A stretch of 34,107 bases of DNA from an uncultured Gemmatimonadota bacterium. Lineage in GTDB: Bacteria; GCA-2686955. Shown here one piece after another: positions 16,861-23,808 of this stretch. The position numbers and the translations under genes are program-made. Location of the stretch: the NCBI GenBank assembly GCA_964490075.1, contig CAZBBK010000064.1:1-34107 (forward strand). Reading direction: 5' to 3'. The notes beneath the pieces are model-generated. The model was not told the origin of the DNA. It searched no databases and saw only the letters and a program-made list of their open reading frames with translations. Position 1 is the first letter of the stretch. Each line of letters opens with the position of its first letter.

Positions 16861-17834
16861 CCCAACCCCCCGCCGCCGCCGCCGGGCGCCGCGGGAGTCG
16901 CCACGGCTACCTGCGAGTCGTCGTCGCCCTGGCGCTCTTGGCCTTGGCCTGGTCGCGAATCCAGCCCGAGGCGGTGCTCGCCGCGCTCACCCACGCCTCG
17001 CCCGGGCCGCTCCTGCTCTCCTTCGCGCTGCTCATCGTCGAACGGGTCGGCACCGTCGCCAAGTGGGTCGTGCTGCTGCGGGCCCGAGGTTGGGACCGGC
17101 CCCATCGCGATGCCTTCATTATCTTCTGGGGCAACAACTTCTTCGGTCTCTTCCTGCCGACCGGCCTGGGACTCGACGTTCTGAATGCCTATCGAACCCA
17201 TCGTGCGGGCATGCGGCTCGCGGACAGCACGTCGGTCGTCACCGTCGATCGTGCCCTGAGCCTGGTCTCCCTCGCCTGCCTGGTGGCCTGTTCCTGGGTC
17301 TTGACCACCCACTTCCGTGTGGAGCTGACCGGGGCGGTGATCACGCTGGGGGTGGCGACCGCGGCGGCGCTGCTCTTTCTGGCCTTCCCGGCGAAAGCCA
17401 TTGTTCTGGAAGGGGTTTCGCGCTTTCGCGTCGGCGCGGCGCTGGCCCATCGACTGGAGTCCTTTCACACCGCAGTGGTGGCATTTCGCAGCGATCGCGG
17501 CGCCTTGGCGTTGAACTTCGCGCTCTCGATCCTGGTTCAGCTGCTGCGGGTGCTGCAGTTGGCGGTCCTGATCCGCGCCCTCGGTCCTGGCATCGGCTGG
17601 CGCAACGCGATGGTGGTGGTGCCCGCGTGCAACGTCGTCACCGCGCTTCCGGTGTCGATCGGAGGCGGTCTCGGGCTCCGGGAAAACGCCTTTCTCTACT
17701 TCTTCCCGCGCATCGGCGTGCCGGAAGAGGACGCGATGGCTCTCTCGGTTCTGGTGCTGGCGTGGGTGGTGATCTGGGTGCTGCCGGGCGGGCTCTACGC
17801 GCTCTTTCGCAAGGACGGGACCTGGCGCCGATAA
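16857..17834 (+). CDS. UPF0104 / lysylphosphatidylglycerol-synthase-TM (flippase-like) membrane protein
   Basis: KWVVLL, FFGLFLPTGLGLDV, S-VTVDR, LPVSIGGGLGLRE motifs and multiple TM helices. Confidence 0.9.
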   Translation: MTQPPAAAAGRRGSRHGYLRVVVALALLALAWSRIQPEAVLAALTHASPGPLLLSFALLIVERVGTVAKWVVLLRARGWDRPHRDAFIIFWGNNFFGLFLPTGLGLDVLNAYRTHRAGMRLADSTSVVTVDRALSLVSLACLVACSWVLTTHFRVELTGAVITLGVATAAALLFLAFPAKAIVLEGVSRFRVGAALAHRLESFHTAVVAFRSDRGALALNFALSILVQLLRVLQLAVLIRALGPGIGWRNAMVVVPACNVVTALPVSIGGGLGLRENAFLYFFPRIGVPEEDAMALSVLVLAWVVIWVLPGGLYALFRKDGTWRR

Positions 17835-17906
17835 CGCGGGAGACCGGGGACGCGGGAGACCGGGGACGCGGGAGACCGGGGACGCGGGAGACCGGGGACG
17901 CGGGAG
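17834..17906. repeat. perfect tandem repeat of the 16-bp unit ACGCGGGAGACCGGGG, 4 full copies plus a 9-bp partial
   Basis: Units start at 17834, 17850, 17866 and 17882, with a partial unit at 17898-17906. No spacers. Confidence 0.97.
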
Positions 17907-18168
17907 GACGAAGGCGTGAGTACCTCCGGCGGCGCGCCGATCTAAGAAGAGAGCGCGGGCAGCACTCGGCTCTCACCGATCGACCGGGACGGCGCAGGCC
18001 CGGTGGGCGCCGACGATCCTGGTTGCTCCCGGTCGCCGCAGATTGCAACGAAACTGGCCATCTGCGCGAAAAACTGCTTACCAATGGGCGCCTCGGGACG
18101 CCAGGATAATCGAGCCAAGCCACTCATGCTCAACAAGTTGCGCGCCTGGAGCCGAGAGGCCCAGAAGG

Positions 18169-18184
18169 GGGCACGGAACTTGCG
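18169..18184 (+). promoter_or_regulatory. sigma-54 (-24/-12) promoter of the acidic small protein gene
   Basis: GGGCACGGAACTTGCG has GG at 18170-18171, N10, then GC at 18182-18183, close to the TGGCACG-N4-TTGC consensus. It lies 37 nt upstream of the ATG. An IHF-like TCAA-N4-TTG sits just upstream (about 18130-18140). Confidence 0.75.
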
Positions 18185-18220
18185 CGGACTGAAAGGGGTC
18201 AGCGGACGAGGAGACGACCG

Positions 18221-18559
18221 ATGAACGCCGAAAGCAACTTCGAACCCTGGGACGAGTGGGACGACGAAGAGCATGAGGACGAGCTCATCGACGAGCTCGC
18301 GTTCGAGGAGCTCGACGAGGAGATCGACGAGGAGATCGACGAGGAGCTGGACGACGATGAGCTCTTCGAAGACGATGATCCGCTGGCGTCGGGACCGCTG
18401 CGCGAGCGTACGCAGTGGCTGCAGATCCGCGGCTCCCTCGATGACATGGTCGGAGCCGACGACATCCTGGACTTCCACTTCTTCATCGAGGGCACGCGCG
18501 GGATCTGCAAGGGGGAGCGCAACTTCTTCAACCGGATGCGCCTCTACTTCTACAAGTAG
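18221..18559 (+). CDS. hypothetical 112-aa protein with extremely acidic N-terminal half
   Basis: GAGGAG SD, high GC3. 32 of the first 53 residues are D/E with no K/R. The C-terminal half is hydrophobic/aromatic (DDILDFHFF...RMRLYFYK). Confidence 0.85.
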   Translation: MNAESNFEPWDEWDDEEHEDELIDELAFEELDEEIDEEIDEELDDDELFEDDDPLASGPLRERTQWLQIRGSLDDMVGADDILDFHFFIEGTRGICKGERNFFNRMRLYFYK

Positions 18560-18646
18560 TCATGGGCTTCGCCACTGCCCTGCGTGACTGCCGCCGAGCC
18601 GGACTTCGATGCGTGATTGGCCTCGACAGGGAGCCGGCATCGGCAA

Positions 18647-20296
18647 TCAAGGACCAGTTTGGGACTGTTTTTCGGAATCAGGGCCGGGCACGGGTCGAGG
18701 TTCGGGGAAGAACTGCTCCCTGAGCCTGGCGATGGTTCGCCGGCATTCGGCCATCCGTGCCTCCAGCCCCACGCGATAGCGCCAGGCGTGTTGGTCGAGC
18801 GTGTGGTTGGGGCGTGAGATCTCCCGCTGCAGCTCCTCGAGGTAGCCCTCGCTCAGATCGAGATAGTGACGCGCTGTCTTGGGATTGTGGAATCCAGAGC
18901 CATCCACGCCGACATAGACCGGTGTCGTATGCGCGACCTGCCTCTCCCCGGCCTGCGCCCGAGCAGCGATCCACAGCCCATGTTCCACCGGCAGCGTCAT
19001 TTCGGCGGCTAGCTCGTTCGACGACTGACCCGGCTCATTCGACATGGCACGCTCGAGAACTTCGCCGTGGACTACCAGCTCCAGTTTCGTGAGCGGCAAT
19101 TGTTCCTCGCATCCGAACGCACGAGCCGCGATGTTCAACGTCGACCCAGTTGTCACTTCCAGGTCGTCGCCGGGGATCGCACCGTTCACGTTCAGCTCGA
19201 CGATCGGGCCATTGCTGACGAAGGTGTGCCCGGCTTCGACGCTTCCGCGCCAGTTCTCGAAACTGAAGTCGTCCTCCACGTAGGTGTAGAATCGAGTCTC
19301 CCCCACGTGCTCGGCCCAAGGATAGTCCGAGCCGGCGGTAGCCGTCAGTTTGAATCCCAGGTCGAGGAAATGGTAGTAGTGGGCGGTGTCCATTCCACCG
19401 TTCTGGAGGATCTCGAGGAAGTCCACCCTGTTCCTCAGAACATCCAGCGTCAAGCCTCGGTAGCCGTGGAATTGTACTGCTTTGTGTGCGTACCCGACGA
19501 TCCCACCCCGCTGGTGCACCGAATCAAACACTCGATCGTAGTGGTAGTACTTGTCTTTGAACCGGACGAACGAATCGGCGCCGAGCGAAATGGCATGACC
19601 GAGCTCTTGCGTCCGGGGCTCCTCCTGCCCGGACGCCAGCAGATGATTCCCGTCCTGGTACACCCCGTCTCGCCCCCACATCTGCTGCCAGTAGTAAACC
19701 TGCCAGAAATCACCCATCTGTAAGATCATGCCGGCGTGAATATCCTCGGCCGCGATCAAGGTGAGAAGAGGCGGATTCTCTCGCGGGGAGCGTTGGAGAT
19801 GAATATGATCATCCGCGGAGTACCAGCCTCGCTCCGGCATGTTGATCCAACGCTCGAGCGAAAATGTCTGCGACAGTTTCGCGCCGGGCTCGAGGCTCAG
19901 CTCGTGTAGCTGGCGCAGATACTCGTTGCCCTTCGATAGCGACAGTTTGTAGGTGCCGGGTTTCAGCTCGACCTCGAAGGCACCATCAACATAAAAAGAG
20001 CCGTCGACCAATGCGCCGAGCTTCCGGGGTGAGAACATGAGCCCGATCGCGGACTCCGGCGGCGCAACGACCGCGCCCCTTGCCTTCCAGAGACGGACTC
20101 GAACCGGGGTCGGCGCGCCGGTCACTCCATCGACGATCGTGGCCGAAAGCCGGGCCGGGGCGTCGGCCGTCGAGCCCACCGGCGGCACCGGTTGCGCCGG
20201 CGCTCGAGCGAAGGAGGAACCGGTCGCTCCGAGGACCGTCACCAGAGCCAGGGCAGAGGCGGCCAGGCGGACGCGGCCGAACGCCAGGAGCATCAT
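18647..20296 (-). CDS. exported CehA/McbA-family (PHP-fold) metallohydrolase
   Basis: GWYSADDHIH, GQE, GH, GYAH, TATAGSDYP and GHTFVSNGP motifs, plus the AHTTPVYV C-terminal strand. Signal-peptide-like N-terminus. Start uncertain (ATG 20296 or 20293). Confidence 0.85.
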   Translation of the reverse strand: MMLLAFGRVRLAASALALVTVLGATGSSFARAPAQPVPPVGSTADAPARLSATIVDGVTGAPTPVRVRLWKARGAVVAPPESAIGLMFSPRKLGALVDGSFYVDGAFEVELKPGTYKLSLSKGNEYLRQLHELSLEPGAKLSQTFSLERWINMPERGWYSADDHIHLQRSPRENPPLLTLIAAEDIHAGMILQMGDFWQVYYWQQMWGRDGVYQDGNHLLASGQEEPRTQELGHAISLGADSFVRFKDKYYHYDRVFDSVHQRGGIVGYAHKAVQFHGYRGLTLDVLRNRVDFLEILQNGGMDTAHYYHFLDLGFKLTATAGSDYPWAEHVGETRFYTYVEDDFSFENWRGSVEAGHTFVSNGPIVELNVNGAIPGDDLEVTTGSTLNIAARAFGCEEQLPLTKLELVVHGEVLERAMSNEPGQSSNELAAEMTLPVEHGLWIAARAQAGERQVAHTTPVYVGVDGSGFHNPKTARHYLDLSEGYLEELQREISRPNHTLDQHAWRYRVGLEARMAECRRTIARLREQFFPEPRPVPGPDSEKQSQTGP

Positions 20297-20358
20297 GGCG
20301 TCGCGAGCACTAGAGAGGACGACTTTGGGAACAACGCACCTCCGGCACGAGAAGATCT

Positions 20359-21213
20359 CTAGGGTACACTGGCCGGAAGCAGCGCGAACACGAAGGTGAT
20401 CGTGCCGCGATCCTGGCGGCCGGCCTGGGCGGCGAAGCGCCACTGCCGCAGCGCGTCGATGGCGGCCTCCTCGAACACCGGCTCCACGCGGGTCTCGGGC
20501 ACCACCTCTCCGACCGAGCCGTCGGTCCGCACCAGAAAACGCAGGCGGACGCGCTCCGAGCGCCGGGCGGCGTCAGGGAATCGGGGCACCACGCGGCGCA
20601 CGATCTGCCGGTGCGCCGCCGGCCCTTCCAGGAGCATCCCGGATGCGGCGGCCTGAGTCTCCGCGACGGCCTCCACCTCGGGCAAGGCCGGAAGAGCGCG
20701 ACCGACCGGCCCGCCGCCGCGCCGCGGCCGCAGCAGGTCGCCGCGCGGAGCGGGCCGCCGTGGCGTGATCTTGGCCAGGCCGGCGGGGAGCGAGGGCGGG
20801 GGAGACGCCACGGGCGGCACCAGGTCCTCGTCGGGCGCGGCAGCGACTCGAGGAAGCTCGGGCCGCCTGGTGATCGGTGCTCCGACCCGAGGCAGCTCTC
20901 CGGGCGACAAGGGCAGGGGACGCGGATCGAGGGGCACGATCGGCTCCGCCGGGCGCTCGGCTTCCACCTGCTCCTCGGGATCGGGCTCGATCACTCGCTC
21001 CGGCGTTGGCGGGCGACCGAGCAGGGTCTCTCCGGACCTGAGATCGAGAGCCACCTCGACCGCCGGCTGCTCCGGGAGCACCGGATCCAAGGCGACCTGC
21101 CACCACCATGCTCCGGTGAAGAGCAGAAGCTGAATCAGCAGCGTCCAGCCGATGGCGTTGGTCCAGGAGCTGGAATCGCGTCCCGGATGAGCTCGGCTCT
21201 CGTCTCCCGGCAT
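20359..21213 (-). CDS. tonB: energy transducer TonB-family protein
   Basis: Single N-terminal TM, long Pro/Glu-rich linker, C-terminal TonB_C pattern (PRFP...VRLRFLVRTDGSV...FEEAAIDALRQWRF...GTITFVF). Confidence 0.9.
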   Translation of the reverse strand: MPGDESRAHPGRDSSSWTNAIGWTLLIQLLLFTGAWWWQVALDPVLPEQPAVEVALDLRSGETLLGRPPTPERVIEPDPEEQVEAERPAEPIVPLDPRPLPLSPGELPRVGAPITRRPELPRVAAAPDEDLVPPVASPPPSLPAGLAKITPRRPAPRGDLLRPRRGGGPVGRALPALPEVEAVAETQAAASGMLLEGPAAHRQIVRRVVPRFPDAARRSERVRLRFLVRTDGSVGEVVPETRVEPVFEEAAIDALRQWRFAAQAGRQDRGTITFVFALLPASVP

Positions 21214-21215
21214 CG

Positions 21216-21632
21216 CTAGCGAATGCCCTCGGGCGCTTCGGTGGCGATCACCAGGCGCTCGACGCCTTGCTGGCGCGCCTGGTCGAGCACCGAAACCGCG
21301 TGCTTGAGCGCGATCTCCCGATCGGCTTCGAGCACCACGGTCGGCTCCGCCCCCCCCTCGAGACGGCGGAGCAGCGCCGCCCCGATCTGCTCGAAGCGCT
21401 CCACGCGGACCTGGTCGACATAGATCTCGCCCGTGGCGCTCAAGGTCACCGTGATCGGCGAGCTGGTGGTCTCTTCGGTCGCTTCACCGGCCGGCAGACG
21501 GATCTTCAGACCGGGCCGGAGCACGAAGCTCGACGAGAGCAGGAAGAAGATCAGCAGCAGGAGCACGATGTCGGTCAACGAGGCATAGCCGATGCCGGTG
21601 ACGTAGCGCCTCTTCGGGGGTCGAACCTGCAT
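21216..21632 (-). CDS. exbD: ExbD/TolR biopolymer transport protein
   Basis: SLTDIVLLLLIFFLL TM with the conserved Asp, and V-LEADR periplasmic motif. The true start is ATG 21632, overlapping the exbB stop (TGATG). Confidence 0.93.
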   Translation of the reverse strand: MQVRPPKRRYVTGIGYASLTDIVLLLLIFFLLSSSFVLRPGLKIRLPAGEATEETTSSPITVTLSATGEIYVDQVRVERFEQIGAALLRRLEGGAEPTVVLEADREIALKHAVSVLDQARQQGVERLVIATEAPEGIR

Positions 21633-22246
21633 CAGGATGCCTCGCCGGCATCCAGCAGGCGTTCCGCGGAGCGTCCCAGGAGCACTGCCTGGCTGTCGAT
21701 GCGCGCCGCCAGCAGGTTGTGCAGCACCAGGGCGATGATCCCGACGGCGAGGCCGGCGCCCGTGGTGACCAGCGCCTCCCAGATGCCTCCGGCCAGGACC
21801 GCCGGCGTCACCGCCGCTCCCTGCGCCTGCACGTTCATGAAAGCCCGGATCATCCCGGTGACCGTGCCGAGGAATCCCAGCAGCGGGGCGACCGCGGCCA
21901 GAGTCGCGAGCACCGCCATGTTCTGCTGCAGCAGATGGAGCTGCTCCTCTCCGGCCACCACCAGTCGGTCGCGGCGCGCCTCTCTCGTTCCCTGCCCCAG
22001 GCGCAGCGCCGCCAGGGCTACGGCTTGCAGCGAGAGGGGAAGCTGACCGACCAGGGGTCCGGCGCTCTCCGCGCCACCGCGCCGCAGATGCTCCAAGAGG
22101 CGCTCGAGGTCCTCCGAGGGACGCCCCGACCCCAGTCGCCGGAAAGTCAGCACGCGCTCCAGGGCGAGAGCGAGCGCCGAAAGGAAGCAGACGTAGATCG
22201 GCCACATCATCCAGCCGCCTCGGGAGAGAATCTCCAGCACCGTCAT
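21632..22246 (-). CDS. exbB: MotA/TolQ/ExbB proton channel protein
   Basis: GGWMMWPI, APLLGFLGTVTGMI-AF, GIWEALVTTGAGL. GGAGG SD before ATG 22246; ATGA overlap with the upstream gene. Confidence 0.95.
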   Translation of the reverse strand: MTVLEILSRGGWMMWPIYVCFLSALALALERVLTFRRLGSGRPSEDLERLLEHLRRGGAESAGPLVGQLPLSLQAVALAALRLGQGTREARRDRLVVAGEEQLHLLQQNMAVLATLAAVAPLLGFLGTVTGMIRAFMNVQAQGAAVTPAVLAGGIWEALVTTGAGLAVGIIALVLHNLLAARIDSQAVLLGRSAERLLDAGEAS

Positions 22247-23808
22247 CGCTGATCCTCCGTGATCCAGGACGCCACGCGCGGCAGACGACCAAGGGTCTCG
22301 TGCCACGAGCGTCTCAAAGACAAGCGGATCGACGTTCCTTCCTCGTCGTACCCGCGCCAGACGACCCAGCGCTCATTCAGGAGATTGACCGCCTCGATCG
22401 CCACACTCAGCTCCCCAAAGAGCGTCAGGGCCACAGCGGCGTCGATCGTGATCCATCCGGCCAGCTCGTCGCCTTCTCCGATCGCCTGGTCCGACGCTCC
22501 CCGTACCGCCCCTTCCAGGCGCAGCGGGCCGGCCCCGGTGGTCGCGCTGCCGCGCCACGCCCACGGCGCTCGATAGGGGAGATCGCCGCCCCCGTCGGCC
22601 CACGCGCGCTCCCCCCAGCATCCGAGCGCGAGTCCATCCCCCAGCTCCCAATCCCCGGTCAGCGTCGCGACTCGCGAATCGGCGATTCCGGAGCGCAGAA
22701 GCCCCTCGGCGCCGGCGTCCTCCACCCAGATCACGTCGTCGAGCCGCCGCTCGAAAGAGAGCGCGAGATGCCGCGATCCCTTGCCGTTCAGGCTCACGAA
22801 AACCGCCGGGACTTTGCGCCTCAGGGTCGGCTGCACGCTGCCCCCGCTGATCGGCGCCGGAGCTCGCGACCACCATTCGAGGCCCAGTGGCTCCACCTCG
22901 GCCGACACCCCGACACTCAGGACGAGATCGGGCCGCGCGACGGCATCGATCGCACCCAGAAGCGTGAAGGCGCCCTCGTAGGTCTCACCGATCGACGCCG
23001 CCAACCCCCCGAGCCCCAGGCGGAAGGTCAGGTCTCGATCGGTGGGCCTGGCCAGCTCGGTCCAGAGCTCGACCACCGACAGCTCCGGCTCCACCGCGAT
23101 GCTGCTACCGAGCAGCGCTCGGGCGCCCGAAAGGTCCCCGGTCCATTCACCGAGCAGCTGCCCGAACGCGCCAGATTGCTCACCGGCGGCCATCTCTCCC
23201 CGCAGATCGACGCGCGCCCAACCGACTCGCAGCGCGGCCCGCCGCGTCCAACGCCCCGCGTTCGAGTCGGCAAAGAGCAAGGATGCGACCGCGCTCCGGC
23301 GCTCGTCCGTGGCGCTCACCGGCGCCCCCCAGAGCGCACGCCGCCAACGATGAAATCGCGACTCGAGGGACCAGCGAGGCGTCAGCCCGAAAGTGGCCTG
23401 CCCTTCGATCGCGCTGTGACGCCGGGAGTTGAAGCCCCTTGCCACGGCGTGCAGCTCGCGCCGGCCCTGCGCCAGGCGCGCCGCCGCCCCCGCCTCGCGC
23501 CAATCGTGGTTGCCCCCGGCGCAGAGCGCGGAGATCCGGAATGCCGGCGCATCGACCTCGGGCGACTCGGGCGTCCACACAGAGGGGGCGGGTCGACCGT
23601 CGGCGGTCGATCTCTGCCCGCGCACCACCGACATGGGGACCTCGGGAGGCTCGGTGCGCGCCGGATCACGGGCGCTCGCCGGTCGCTCCGGCTGGTCGAT
23701 CCCTTCGACGACCACCTCGGGCAGGTCGAGCTGCGGCTCCTCCGCGACCACCTCGAAGGCAGAGAGGGCGGCGGCAAGGAATCCGCTGGCCAAGGGGAAC
23801 AACCTCAT
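22243..23808 (-). CDS. outer-membrane beta-barrel, short TonB-dependent-receptor-like protein (521 aa)
   Basis: Signal peptide MRLFPLASGFLAAALSA, TonB-box-like EVVVEG, amphipathic beta-strands, and a TBDR-type end (LPYRAP...NLLNERW-VW-GY...IRLSLRRSW). ATG 23808 overlaps the TPR gene stop (ATGA). Confidence 0.8.
   Translation of the reverse strand: MRLFPLASGFLAAALSAFEVVAEEPQLDLPEVVVEGIDQPERPASARDPARTEPPEVPMSVVRGQRSTADGRPAPSVWTPESPEVDAPAFRISALCAGGNHDWREAGAAARLAQGRRELHAVARGFNSRRHSAIEGQATFGLTPRWSLESRFHRWRRALWGAPVSATDERRSAVASLLFADSNAGRWTRRAALRVGWARVDLRGEMAAGEQSGAFGQLLGEWTGDLSGARALLGSSIAVEPELSVVELWTELARPTDRDLTFRLGLGGLAASIGETYEGAFTLLGAIDAVARPDLVLSVGVSAEVEPLGLEWWSRAPAPISGGSVQPTLRRKVPAVFVSLNGKGSRHLALSFERRLDDVIWVEDAGAEGLLRSGIADSRVATLTGDWELGDGLALGCWGERAWADGGGDLPYRAPWAWRGSATTGAGPLRLEGAVRGASDQAIGEGDELAGWITIDAAVALTLFGELSVAIEAVNLLNERWVVWRGYDEEGTSIRLSLRRSWHETLGRLPRVASWITEDQR

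Noticed and set aside
17834-17906. Possible CRISPR array
   Set aside because: Repeats are 16 bp and directly abut, with no unique spacers and no cas genes nearby.
20295-20345. 13-codon TTG mini-ORF after a GGAGGT, whose stop overlaps the metallohydrolase ATG
   Set aside because: SD spacing is short, the peptide is uninformative, and it cannot be told apart from chance without Ribo-seq.
20359-22246. Tol-Pal (tolQRA) assignment
   Set aside because: No tolB or pal is present, the transducer has a Pro-rich linker and TonB_C-type end, and it is linked to a TBDR-like barrel.
21633-22292. Long N-terminal extension on ExbD (possible ExbB-ExbD frameshift fusion)
   Set aside because: It is an alternative frame within exbB. 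ExbD has its own ATG overlapping the exbB stop, and no slippery site was seen.
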